Part shown: piece after piece, positions 12,601 through 25,818 of the stretch
Numbering within the stretch: position 1 is the stretch's first letter
How the letters are laid out: every line of letters starts with the position of its first letter
NCBI RefSeq assembly: GCF_000181795.1
Contig: NW_003526941.1
Span: forward strand, 9,500,038-9,562,799
Length of the DNA: 62,762 nucleotides
From: Trichinella spiralis
Lineage: Eukaryota
Direction of reading: 5' to 3'
Program-made: the position numbers and the translations under genes
The notes under the pieces: model-generated
Told to the model about the DNA's origin: nothing
What the model saw: the letters and a program-made list of their open reading frames with translations, nothing else
Databases searched by the model: none

Positions 12601-15600
12601 TTGTTGAATGAAATTGAAATATATGTATATATATAATTCGCTATATTTAGCTCCTCGATGTGACGAAAGCAATCTTCTATTGCCTCCCGGAGTGGAAAAG
12701 ACGTGCAGCTCATTTAAATCAGGCATCAAGTGTACCATTTCTTGTATAGATGGTTATCAGTTTTTAGAATCGGATTCAAGCAAGAAATTATATTCTTGTG
12801 AAGCCGATGAAAAATGGACGCCGGGTATTATTGCTCCAGCGTGTGTACCAATAGGTAGTATTTTTAGAGATGTGAATAATTTGAATTTGAAAAGGGGGAA
12901 TTTTGTATTTGATTTCAGCTGATGAACCGGCTAAATATCAGCTGAAAGTTAGCGTCTCTTATCCAATAGCGACGACTATACCTGAAAGTTGTTTGAATGA
13001 TTACAAAAGCTCACTGACATCTGTCAGTCAACAAATTGATACTGTACTTTCGCAGAGATGCTCGGCAAGTGTTCAAGCGTTTGTGCGAATTGTCGAGGTG
13101 GATTTTTTTGCCGAAGTCAAACGAGTGAGTAGAATTTTCAGAATTTATTGCTGCTTTTCAAATGTGTACTGAATAATGATTGATTGATTGATTATTTTTC
13201 AGGTAGTTGGCAATTATACCATACAAGTATTGCCGACTGTTTTGGATGAAGTGTTTTACAATTTGTGTGGTATGACTTTGGCTACGATGTTCGATCTTCA
13301 TTTTCCGAGTGCTACAGAAGCAGTGTTACCACTGCTTGAGATCAAAGGAGAGAACGGCTGCCCTGTTTTGAAAGCAACGAACACAACAATTGACAAAGGG
13401 TTCTCCTGTTCTCCAGGGGAAATTTTGCAAAAAACTGAAAATGCATTGCCGGGATGCTGTAAATTGAACTTTTTATTTGATGTCAAATTTTAGCTTGAAA
13501 AAAAATATTTCTTTCACAGATCCTTGTCCAATGGGAACGTGGCTTTACAATGGTACTTGTCGACCGTGTGAAAATGGCACTTATCAAGATTTGAATGGTC
13601 AGATAAACTGCAAACGATGTCCAGCTGGAACGTACACTTTGCACGAAGGTGCTACAATGGTCGACCATTGTCAACGTAAGAATGTTGAAAATTGTTTTTT
13701 TTTCTTATTTTTGTGCGTTCTTTTCTTTCGTGTTTGAATAAATGATAAGTAATATGTGTAAAATGATTTATCCATGTGTGTTTCAGCTGTTTGTGACAAC
13801 GGAATGTTCAGTGAAAGTGGCATTGTGCCATGTCAGCAGTGTCCAAAGGATACTTACAGTAGTCCAAATAAGGAAGGAGGATATCGCAAATGCGAATCAT
13901 GTCCTAAAAATACCTTCACCAATGATGTCGGCGCCTCGGATATATCAATGTGCAAAGGTTCATTTTTTGAGTTTTCATCATTGAAAGTGTTATTTCTTTC
14001 TGTTAGTGTTTTTCTCTTTTTACAGAATCTTGTCCTGGAGGTTATTTTTCTTTTTCTGGTCTGCAACCTTGTTCGCCGTGTCCGAAAAATTTCTACCAAC
14101 CTGAAAGAGGTCAGTCGGCTTGCATTGAATGTCCAAAAGACAGATATACAGAAAACAGTGGGGCAGTTTTGGAAAATGAATGCTTGGAAGGTTGTTAGTT
14201 TTGGAACAATTTTCAAAATTATCATCACTGACAATTAGCATATTGACTTGATTTTAGCCAATTACACTGATTTGGTCTATTGTCGAAATGGAGCCGTTTC
14301 GGAAGTTGTAGAGCACGTAGCAGTTTGCCAATGTTTACCCGGTTATACGGGCATTCATTGTGAACAGCTCATAGATCCATGCTTAGCTCAGCCTTGTTTC
14401 AACAATGGCCGTTGTGTAACAAATGGAGTGAGATATGAATGCGAATGCCCCGAAAGTAATTGAACAATTAATTAATTAATTATTTGAGAGAAATAGGGAA
14501 AAAATGTGAACAAACAATTTAGAATATTCTGGTGAACGTTGTGAATTTTCGGAAAACGAATGTCAAGATGTTGTTTGTGATAACGGAGGCATTTGCCAAG
14601 ATTTGCCCGGCATTGGCACGACGAAATGTCTCTGTCGAACAGGATTTTATGGAGAACGGTAAAGCATATGAATGGTTTTTTCTTTTTTAAATCTATTTTA
14701 TGAATTCAATTTTTAACTATTTAAGCTGCGAATTTATGGTGAATTTGTGCGAAAAACAAGGCAGTGAGCTCTGCCTGAATGGAGCTACTTGTCTTCCTTT
14801 ACAACTGAATCGCTACATGTGCATTTGTGCTGCAGGATGGACCGGTCGCAACTGTGATATTAATATTGGTAAATTGGATATTATTTATTTGTTTTTTTTT
14901 AATTTTTAATGACACTAGAAAAACTGAATCCATTATTGTTTTTGCAGATGATTGTGCCGGACAGCCTTGTGCGGTGAATGCAACTTGTCATGATGAAATT
15001 AACGATTTTCGTTGTGATTGTCCGCCCGGATTTAGCGGCAAGCGGTGCCATATAAAGCAAGACCTCTGCTCAGACAATCCGTGTGTCAATGGGAGATGTA
15101 TAGATAGGAATTTTTATTATCAATGCGTATGCGAATCTGGATGGACAGGTTTGTTTGTTATAAGTGGAATAATTTTTCTTTTAATTTAATTTAATTATTT
15201 TATTTCATTCAGGAAAAAACTGTGAACAAGAAATTGATAATTGTGCCAGTAATCCATGCTTAAATGGTGCTACATGTACGAAACAGTTCAACAGTTATGA
15301 ATGCGAATGCGCAGACGGTTATGAAGGTTCGAGGTTAGCTGAAAATCCATTAATTGATCGAACTTGCACATTGATAATTTTCTTATCTTTATTATCTAGA
15401 TGTCAACATCAGGTAGATCATTGTGCTAAGGAGCCATGCTTGAACGGTGCTTTGTGTGTAAATAAAGGTGCTAACTATTCTTGCATTTGCAAAAATGGCT
15501 TTGAAGGTTTTATTTTTTATTATCAGATATGAAGAGTTGTGTTTACAATTTCAATTACACTTGTTATTAATTAAAGGGATGCTGTGCGAAAGAGCAGTCA

Positions 15601-18600
15601 AGGAATGTTCGATGGATCATCATTGCGGAATTGGCAGTGAACAGTGCATCGAATTGACCAATGGCTTTGCATGCAAATGTCGACCTGGTTTTACTGGACG
15701 TTTGTGTGATGTAATTTTTAAAGTATTTTAATTGAACCGTTTGTTTTGGAAATTTATCCAATTTAGGTTGAAATTGACGAATGTGAAGATAATCCTTGTT
15801 TAAACGGTGGCACATGTACAGATGACGTAAGCAGCTTTAAATGTGCTTGCCCCGCTGGTTGGACTGGTTCAAGGTAATAGCGGTTGTTATTTATTTATTT
15901 AGAATTTAAAGTGATTAATTTTTAAATTATTTCATTTCAACACAGTCATTCCATTGAATAAGTTGTGAAAAATTTGCCAACTGTTGTATTGAACAGTATT
16001 ATTTATTTTTTGTATAAATTTTCGAGCAGCTCAGAGATTTTACTGAAATTTGATTATATTCATTTTTTTATTTTGATTATTATTTCTGAAATAGGTGCGA
16101 AGTTTCTGCGAATTATTGCGATCGCCAACCATGTCAAAACAATGGTCAATGCGTGAATCTCGGAAAAGATTACTTTTGCTTGTAAGTTACCGAATAAAAC
16201 AATAATCAGTAGAGACAAGTTTGAAAATAATCATTCATCTTTCTTTTATTCACTTCATTTGTAGATGTCCAAAAGGGTTTGATGGAAAAAGCTGTGAAAT
16301 CGATTCAGCGACATGTTTCACTGATGCATGCCTCAACGGAGGCGAATGTATCGACAATGGACATGAAATTGCTTGCAAATGTCCTCCTGGTGGGATATTT
16401 TTTTAAAATCTTAAATAGTATTTATAAGAATATCATTTATTTTTTTAATAAAGGGTTCTTTGGTTCGGGATGCCAGTATCAACAGAAACTGTGCTCTGAG
16501 AATACTTGTCAAAACGGTGGCACTTGCGCAGAAAGTGAAGTTTCGATTGTATGCATTTGTCCAGCAGGTTGTATTTATATATATATTTTTGTTGATGTAA
16601 TATTTTCATTTTACATCAGTACGATGAATTTAGGGTTTACTGGTCTTTACTGTGAGAACGATATTGACGACTGTGCTACGTCTCCTTGTCCACCTGGATC
16701 TACTTGTATTGATATGCCCAATGGACATATTTGTCAATGCATGTTCAACAAAACTGGAATCAACTGTGATAAAACAGTCGATAGTGACTTTGAATTGCGT
16801 TTCTACGATCCAATTCTACCGTCATTTGCTTCTCTGGATCTTCCATTTCCTTTTTCATCTGAAGTAATGACTTTGGCATTATGGGTTCGCTTCGATCATC
16901 CTGGTCAATCTGCAACTTTCCTTACTATTTATTCAGGCGGGTAATTCAGAGTAGTTTATTTCTTATTATTTTTTTTAAATTATAAATGTTCATGCTTTTT
17001 GTTGTCAATTGTTGCTGTGCTGTTGTGTAAATTTAAATAAATTAAATAATTGTTTTTTTGAATTGTAGCTTGTTTAATAAAGAAGAAACTGCGGAAGAGT
17101 TGTTAGTGGTCAGTAGCAGTGGAGTGGAAATGAAATTTCCAAATGAACACTCAAAAAGTGTTCTGTTGAACTTTCCGCAGCAGCACAGAGTGGACGATGG
17201 AAATTGGAACAATGTCGTTTTCCAGTGGGATTCTACAATGGGAATTTATACATTGTATTGGAATTCAATACGTGTTGCAACAATAAAAGATCAAAGCAAG
17301 ACGAAACACTTGAATACTAGGTACGGGTATTTATAAGTTTTACTTTATTAATTATAAATTTTAATTATTATTGTAGTGCTTGGGTTAAACTTGGTACACC
17401 GAACGGTCATAAACGAGGCGAATCGAAATTTGTTGGATCAATAAGTCGTTTGAACATATGGAATCGTACCCTGAGTTTTGAAAAGGAAATTCCTCGGCTG
17501 GCTCAAAATTGCCGTTCTTCGGACGACATGCTGGCCAATTTGGTATTGCGATGGACAGGCTTCAATCGTCTAAGCGGTAAAGTGGACCGTGTGGCACCTT
17601 CCACATGTGGCCAGGCGCTTTGTCAGCGCAGTATTGACGTTAAACTCTGTGATCCGTCGAAGATGTTGGACAAAAATGCACCAAAAGTGCACGGCTGTCC
17701 GGAATATATTAACAAACAATCTGAAGAGCGATCGAGCAAAGTTGAATGGCCTGAACCGAGTTTCACTGACGAATTGTCTTTGGAACGAATCGAACGGAAC
17801 ATCAAACCCGGCACCGTTCTCGGTCAAGGATTATACCATGTAAGTATTACTGAATTACAGAATAAAATTTATCTTCTTTTTCTTCTTCTTCTTCTTATTA
17901 TTCTAATTCTTTTTTGTGATTGGTAAACAAATTTTTCAGGTAATCTATGCTGCATACGATAAAGCTGGCAATGTTGCCCAGTGTATGTTTGATCTTCGTG
18001 TGCAAGAATCATTCTGTCCAACGTTGGCAGATCCAAAGAATGGATTGAGTTATTGTCTTAATTGGGGACCAGATATGAAGTAAATTTTTATTTTACATCG
18101 TTTGGATTGATATTTTCTTTTTGTTGTAAATTTTGCCTGTTGCAGATTCGAAGCTTGTACTGTTCGTTGTCAAGAAGGTTATGAATTTTCTGAAGTCACA
18201 CCTGAATTTTACACCTGCGGTTACGATGGATTTTGGAGGCCTCGTTATAGTATTGGCGAATTTCGTTACCCTGATTGTTCCCGTAATTATTATTAAAAAA
18301 AGATTATTTTAATATCGGGATATTATTCGTTTAATTTATCAAAATTTCAGCTACGTCTCCGTCAGTTCGAATTGTCAGCGTTCAGTTGGACTATCCGTCA
18401 TCATCGGTGGCTTGCAGTAAAGCGAATCGTGCAACTTTGGAATCGAGCATTCGCAAACGTTTCATAACGATGAACGCTGTGTGGAATCTTTGCGAAGCCA
18501 GGTAAAGCCGACAACAAATCAACTATTGTAAATATTTTTACAAAAAAAGCCGATCTTATTTGTGGAATTTTTGTTTGGCTTTAGGAATAGCAATGAAATT

Positions 18601-20792
18601 GGATGTCCAAGTTTAAATGTGACCGTTTCTTGCATGGGCAGAGCTTCAGCGTCGACATTTCAAAAACGCCAAGTGAAAGCATCCGATGTATACAGGGTGG
18701 ATTTGTCGTTCGTTGCCAACCGAGATCCAGTGCGCCATCGTCATTCCGACATAAGAGCCAACATTATTGATACACTGAAGGATGATATTGTCAAAGAAAA
18801 CGGTTTTGATTTTTCTTCCGTTTTGCCTAGTGGAACTCCGGATTTGCGTTCTTTGAAAATATCCGATGATTTCCACTGTCCTATTGGTCAAGTCAATCGA
18901 AACGACGTGTGCGGTAAGAGTGATAGCAAAATGAAATAAATTTATCCAATTGCATGCAGCACGCTTCTACTTTTCAGTACCTTGTGCAATGGGATCATTT
19001 TTCAACATTACAACATTGAAGTGCCAACTATGTCCAATTGGTATGTATCAAAATCAAGTGGGACAGCTTGCATGTGAAGCTTGCCCTGCGGGCCACACGA
19101 CCACCGGCTTTGCTAGCAGTCAGAGAACTGATTGCAAAGGTTTCTTGTTTGTTTGTTTGCTTGTTTGATTTATTCATTTATTATTTGATTATTAAATTTT
19201 AGAATCCTGCCCGGCCGGTCATTTTTACAACTTGAAAAAAGAAAACTGCGAACCGTGCGGTTATGGATTTTATCAGCCTTCAGCTGGTTCATTCCAATGC
19301 ATACATTGTGATCTTGGAAAGTCAACTTACGATACGGTATCGACTTCAAAACAGCAATGCAGTGGTGAGATTTGGACGTTTTTTTCAATTCAATTCAATA
19401 AACAAATCAATCAATTTGTGTTTAGATATCTGTCCGGATGGTATGCAATTGTCGGCCGGTGGAGACTGTCAACCTTGCCCAATGGCCACTTATCGTCGAC
19501 GAAATGAAAATGACCATTGTGAGTCTTGTCCTGCGGGTTTGACCACAGAAGGCAAAGGCTCGATTTCGATTGAACAGTGCAATTTACGTAATAATATCGC
19601 AATGCAGGCATTCTGCAATTGGTGGTGTATTGTAAAAACAAAAGGATATTTCCATTTTCAGCTTTATGCTTGGAAGGTCAATATTTGGACGAATCGACCA
19701 AAAAATGTTTCCCATGCGAGAAGGGATTTTATCAAGATCAAAAGATGCAAAGACAGTGTCTCGCTTGCCCGAAAGATCACACCACCGCTGACATTGGTAA
19801 CTGTTTATTTGTTTGTTTGTTTGTTTAATTTTTGTTTAAAAATGCAGGTGCGTCACAAAAATCTGAATGCTATTCTACGAATCAGTGCGAAACTTTGGAG
19901 CACAACTGCCACTGGCACGCGGTGTGTTTGGATTTACCGGGCGAAGCGTTCGAATGCCAATGCCAACCTGGCTACCGTGGGAATGGAACTTTCTGCGAAG
20001 ATTCTTGCATCAATTTTTGCACCAACGATGCAGTGTGTAAAAAGTCAGACAACGGTGATCCGTTCTGCCAGTGCAAAGACACGTTCACCGGCACCCACTG
20101 CGAAGTGCGCTACATGCCCAGTCAGCAGCGTATAGCTTACATTGCCGGCGGCGTGGGAGGCGTGGTCGGTGTTATTGTGCTCATCATGATTGTCATTTGG
20201 ATGATCTACTTCAGGTACATACATCGTCGTATATACATTGTTGTTGTTGTTTTTTATTTAACCTCTTTCAAGATTCCGTTCACGAGATAAATTGGCCGAA
20301 TCAATGGAAAAATTGCCAAACGGAAATGGAGCTGCATCTTCAGACGAAAAGAGCATAGCAGAGATGGCCGGAAATACAGCGGCGCCAAATTTCACCTACG
20401 GTCGAACTTATAGCGAAGATTCCCACGCGCCTACATTCTATTACGAAGATGATGACGACTATGGAGTGAAAACGATGTACATAGGAGAAGGTTTCGATGA
20501 AAGTATGCCGCTGACAAAAAAACCGACAACGAACGTGATTCATTCAAACACGATAATAATTAATTAAAATTTTTCAGATGATAACGGTAGTCGCATAGGA
20601 AACGACGTGGAAACAAACAACGAAGCGGTTTTCGAACGTCTTCAAAGGATCAACAAACACGTTTACAAACCCAAATATCAAGGTTTATTTGGATCGTTTG
20701 ATTTTTTTTTATTTTTTTCAATAATTCACCATTTAGAAAGTATCAGTGACACTGAATCGATGCGCAAAGTTGACACTGGAATAGATCTGTAG
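3699..20792 (+). CDS. uif: Uninflatable (uif)/CLEC-78-like giant type I transmembrane protein, dozens of short exons
   Basis: Domain order from spliced exons: signal peptide ([22 protein letters not shown]), C-type lectin ([12 protein letters not shown]...EFWIG...WHLTACN), LDLa ([16 protein letters not shown]), 3 CUB ([18 protein letters not shown]), sushi repeats, cbEGF, F5/8 discoidin domains, HYR, GCC2/GCC3 repeats (CPMGT..CRPC..GTYQ), a long EGF array, LamG/pentraxin-like domain, HYR, more GCC repeats, EGFs, TM ([25 protein letters not shown]), and a tail with NFTYG...FYYEDDDDY similar to insect Uif. Stop TAG at 20790-20792. Confidence 0.9.
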
Positions 20793-20834
20793 TACTTACT
20801 ACCAACAAGCAAACATCAATCATTTTTCATTTTA

Positions 20835-20946
20835 TCATCATCATCATCATCATCATGTACAGGTTTTTATTGTTAAATTAATTATTTGATTTGTGCCATT
20901 TATCATTTTCACACACATCACCACCACTACCACCTATACTGTTTGT

Positions 20947-20977
<31 letters not shown>

Positions 20978-20978
20978 A
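20835..20978 (+). repeat. (CAT)n, (CAC)n and (CTG)8 microsatellites in the 3' UTR region
   Basis: tcatcatcat... about 20834-20856 and ctgctgctg... about 20952-20977, seen directly. Confidence 0.85.
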
Positions 20979-21114
20979 ATACACTGTAACTTTCTTCTTA
21001 TTCGGATAATTTTTAATAAATTTTCAATTTTACAGCAACTACTTTATACAAAGCGACATATTTTCAAAATATGGGCATAAAAATGACGAAACATTTTTAA
21101 AACATTAATAAATA

Positions 21115-21689
21115 TCACATTGTTTTCTTCGTTGTAGGTACCCAAGCTTCAATTTTTGTACGAGTTGTACTGTATGTAATGAATCGTTTTTCGGTTCCGC
21201 TCATATTTTCCATATGAGGCAACATCCAACTGCGCTGTTTTACACGTTCTACCGTAGGCGGAATGTCGGTTTGATGATGAAGCCAGTTGAACCTGATTGA
21301 AAATTATTTTCAAAAATTCACTGAAGGATTTATTTTTTCAAATTTCAACAGCAACTTGCCATTCCGCCGAAATTTGAGACGCGTCGTAATTTAGCCACAC
21401 CTTTCTACTGTAGACAACCCATCGATTTCGCGGTACGTATAGGGAATTGTTTTCATAGTAACGATTACCATTTTCATCTATACCGATCAGATTACCTCCT
21501 TTCACTGTATCGGTACTGAAATTCACAAATATACAACAGAATTATTAGCAGCTTCAAACTGAAATCATACAAAACCTACCGATAAGCCATAACCAAACTT
21601 CTCCAAATGCCACCATTCTGCTTGATAATATTCCACGCATTGATAAGCTTGTCAATGCCAAAAAATTTAACCAATTCTTTAGAAGTCAT
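21115..21689 (-). CDS. NDUFA12: NADH:ubiquinone oxidoreductase subunit A12 (B17.2), 3 exons, second intron GC-AG
   Basis: MTSKELVKFFGIDKLINAWNIIKQNGGIWRSLVMAYR|TDTVKGGNLIGIDENGNRYYENNSLYVPRNRWVVYSRKVWLNYDASQISAEW|FNWLHHQTDIPPT...YSTTRTKIEAWVP. GxDxxGNxYYEN, RNRWV, WLH and KIxxWxP motifs. Confidence 0.95.
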
Positions 21690-21893
21690 GCTGCAAGAAA
21701 CAGTTATCAAAATGACAATTTACAAATTCAGCATGAAAAGAACGTGTGCATTTAAACCACCGTACGCAATCTGAAAACAACAACTAATATGCCCATAAAC
21801 CATCTTTTATTTCAAAATGAGAAGCGAAGTCTCATCTCTATCTAGCCAACCAATATTAAAATTAATATTTGTTCTTTCAACTTTTTAAAAATC

Positions 21894-24199
21894 TCATATT
21901 GACCGACGCTGCAAAAGCACTGCATTTTCCAAATGCAATTCTTCTATAGTTTTAGTTTCATCATCCAACTTCGCACATGGAAAACTGGTCATTAAAACGA
22001 AATTTTCATTCACATATTCCGGTCGAGATCTTCAAATGGATTAAATATATTAAACGTTATGCAGGAACTTTTCTTTCAATGCTTACTTGCAAATGTGTGC
22101 ACGCAGATCTTCAATGGTGTTGTCGACATTTACGCGAAACTGGGCTCTAGATCCATCCAACAAACGAACAACTACAGTAGTTGTTGGTTTGCCTTCATCC
22201 ACCGGCTTTGCTACAACATTGGCCACGTCTGCAACTTGTTCGTTTCCTTTTCCAGTATTAACCGCAGGAACGTAGCTGAAATTAAAAAAAAATTAATACT
22301 AAAATTAAAGTATTATTATGAATCAGCTACCTTCCCACCATATGACCTTCACCAGAAAACGGATTTCTCGGCCGTGCAGGCGGTTTAAATGATTCCATAC
22401 GACGATCTTCAAAATCCAACGTGATGTAACGATTACGATGACTTTTCACGAGCTCTTCTGGCATTTTACTAAAAACAACAATAACATCAACATTGTTTTA
22501 CAAAGCAAGAAAACAGCTCACATGCGTACCCATTCATCACGTCATTCAAAAACGATTCATTGCCTTCGTATTTGCGCAGCGGACCATCATCGACAGTAAA
22601 TCCATTCTGCCACATTCGCAGAATTACATTGATCTCATTGTTTTCTGGTGGAGAAGGATTTTGTGGTGTCTCGGAAGAACTGTTCAAACGAAATCCAGGA
22701 CCAACAAACTTTGACTGTTGAGAAGAAGCAGCTTCTTCTTGTTTGTTGACTACTTCAGCGCCGTGCCTAATTGATTCAGATGTCAGTAAAGTTATGCATT
22801 CTTGTTCATAGCAACTCACTTTTTCAAACTTTCAATCATGTGTTCCACAATGTGGTGTCCTCCATCCGGCTTTGGTCCAAGTACCTGCTGACCACTAAAA
22901 TCACTCAAAATGAATACAAATAATAATACATGATTCATGTGTTGCCGAAACCGATCACTCAACAAATTGAACTATTCAAAAACCAAGCTTATTTTTTTCT
23001 GCTTGTGTAAAACAATATTGATAATTAATTACAAATATGAAATGTATAATGTATTTGAAAGACGTTCAATAGAGTTCACCTTTTGTGTCCACCACCAACA
23101 TAAAATGGCTGCTGCTCATCATCAGAGTCACTCGAACGGCCAGATTTCTTATCTTTGTCAAACAGTGTAGCAAACTTTCGACTCATTTCTGGAGATGAAT
23201 CCGAAACGTTGGTAGGATTAATCACTTTATTTTCTGAATTGGCGACAAATTCTTCCTCAGAATCCAATTCTGTCAAACGAGCAGGAGAAGCAGCTAAAGC
23301 TGTTTCGCTAACGTTAAACAAATCGGAATCTTCGTCGTTCCCTTCAAAATAATTTTGGACAGCAACCTGAAAAATTCAAAGGTTATTATTTTATGCAACA
23401 TGCTGGTACATCAAAAGCAAATTTATAATATTTAAAAAAGAAATCTTCATTTCAATTCTGGGTCACAATACATTACGGTGAATAATAATGACAATCAAGT
23501 TAAAACCAACAACAACGGAAAATCAATGTTTCATTTTTTAAAAAAAATTTCTAAAATCGACTTTTAGAGGAGATAATTTCAAAGTCAAATCACAAAAATC
23601 AGACCACCTCACTTAATAAAATATTGCTGCTGCTCATTATGTATATTTTAAAATGCTATCATACGTAGTAAAAAAGAATTATACTGTATCAAATATACTA
23701 TAAATAAAAACAATAAATAAATAATATGTAATGCATTTTGAAAATTAAGAGTTAAATATTTCACCCTAACAAATTAATGAAGCAACGAAAGAAATAACAA
23801 TTTCAACTGAATAATCAATTTGTCTATTAAATGTTCCCTTAAAACATAAGATTATACGAAAAAAATTCTTATAAGTGAAAATGCTGAAAAAAATTAAGAC
23901 CTATCGAAAATACAACGCGATAAGCACGCACCCCCTTTGATATCGTATCTACAGCAGTTTCATCCGCAACAACTAGAAGCTAAACATTTAATCAAACGAA
24001 AACAGGCGAAACACAAAAATTGAAAAAGCTTTAAAAACATGAAATTATTTACTAAAAGATTTGGGTAAAAACTTTGAAGTATCAAGGTAAATTAAAGTCT
24101 TACCTCCAAATTCCAATCACTTGACTCTAGAAAAAACTTGGCAACTTCGTGGTCAGTAGTCCCAGTTACAGACAAAAAGTCTTCGATTAGCTGAGACAT
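21894..24199 (-). CDS. NSFL1C: NSFL1 cofactor p47 (UBA-SEP-UBX), p97/VCP adaptor
   Basis: UBA-like N-terminus (FLSVTGTTDHEVAKFFLESSDWNLE|VAVQNYF), FYVGG..SGQQVLGP, SEP domain (LRMWQNGFTVDDGPLRKY), FSGEGHMVG SHP box, UBX C-terminus (LMTSFP...AVLLQR). Stop TGA at 21894-21896. Confidence 0.93.
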
Positions 24200-24634
24200 T
24201 GCAACTAATATCAATTAAACTTAATATTAAGTAACACCTAAGAAAACTGAAGTTGATTACAGTAAGTCGAAGGTAAGTATTAATCATTTATAAACGCTTT
24301 TTTGAAATTTATAAGTACTCATTTTCTAAAAACAACAATCATTAGAATTATTTTATCATATAAACGGCATATTTTAGGGTTTCAGTTTAAAAAATATTAA
24401 GAAAAAATTTTAAAGCAAATACAATGCAAACCTTTTATGAGATATCTTTAACGTGTTTTTATTTTTACATTGCATGGTCAGTTTTAGATCCATGGCAATA
24501 ACTTTTAGATCATTAAGCTATTACATTCAATTTCTTTTAATTTTGATTTACAAATTTTTCTACTACTACCTGAACGCATCATATATGAATGTGTGTAATT
24601 GAAATTTATTGTAAAAAATATAATTATTCATTTT

Positions 24635-25818
24635 TCATACAAAAGGCGATTTAAAAAATCCTTTACACATATCAGAAAAGGGATTTTTTGAATCAAATGG
24701 TAATGGTGGAATTCCATACAATTTCTTCAGCTTCCGTTGCTTAACGACAACATACATGATCAAGGTGGAAGTAGATGAAAGCAACCAAAAATAGCCAAGT
24801 GCCTAAATATTTCAATAAAACTGTAAAAGTCACTTTTACTATAGAAAATTTTACTGATGGAGTAAGAGCTGATATCACAGGAAGAACGAAGCTCATACAA
24901 ATTCCAAAAGCAATGTATGCTCTGCTTTTCATTGTTGGCGTAACTTTATTAATGACAGGCATATGCAGCTAAAGAATTTCAGCAATTTGCAATATGCAAA
25001 GTATTTTTACACTGATATTACTTTAAAAATGGCATAGTTGCAGATACCCAATAACACAGGCAAAGCTAAAGTTGAATCAGGTATTGTTAAGTCTTTAAAC
25101 CAAAAAAGTCCGCCCTCATGCATTCCCAAATGGGTCTTCGTTCCTGAAAAAAATTAAAATACGGATTTTCTGCTTAACAAAAAATATTAATTTACCTTCA
25201 TTCAACAATGACGGTTCTGCTATACTTCGGATTGACATAGACAATGTGATCCATAATGGAAACTGAGCATAAGCAAGCGCATAACTGCGACCAGGATGAA
25301 AATCGTATTTTGAATATATTTCTCTAACAATGCGATTTGCCTAAATAAATAGCAAAAATATTGCTTCATTTTAATTTGAAATTTTATATTTTCAAAAAAT
25401 AAAGCATTTAATTTCTCACATTTAAACGATAAACAATATTTTTACGTTTTGTTGGCCAAGAATAACGAAATGCTTCTTCGTCAACTTTAGACTGTAAATC
25501 TTTTAACATTTTCTCTATTTGTGGTGCAGCTAAGGCACATCTTGCAGAGTTTCGTTGCGATATCACCATTAAAGGAAATGTAGCCGCTTTTGCCAAAATT
25601 GTGCATCCAGCAATGCAAGCCCACCATGGAAGAGAACAGTTTTCATGAATTGATATTAATAAATCTTGCATCACATCAAACGGTAAGAAGTTGAAACGAT
25701 GAAGTGAAATAATTTCATTTGATAAAGATCTTTTTGAAAGCTGTACAAGCATAGGACGTCCTTTCGCATTGTTGTAAACACAATTTCTTATGTGTAATGC
25801 AGTTGAAAATGTCTTCAT
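24635..25818 (-). CDS. COX18: Cytochrome c oxidase assembly protein COX18 (Oxa1/YidC family insertase)
   Basis: LPWWACIAGCTILAKAATFPL, HPGRSYALAYAQFPLWITLSMSIR, GGLFWFKDLTIPDSTLALPVLLG, ALGYFWLLSS...KLYGIP. The short C-tail without a long ribosome-binding extension favours COX18 over OXA1L. Confidence 0.85.

Noticed and set aside
19263..20135. 290-aa ORF as an overlapping gene
   Set aside because: It runs through several uif exons and introns. Only one part (DICPDG...CNL) is the true frame; the rest is an off-frame shadow.
24265..24282. ATACTTACC on the minus strand as a U1 snRNA 5' end
   Set aside because: The sequence diverges immediately after, with no U1 stem-loops or Sm site.
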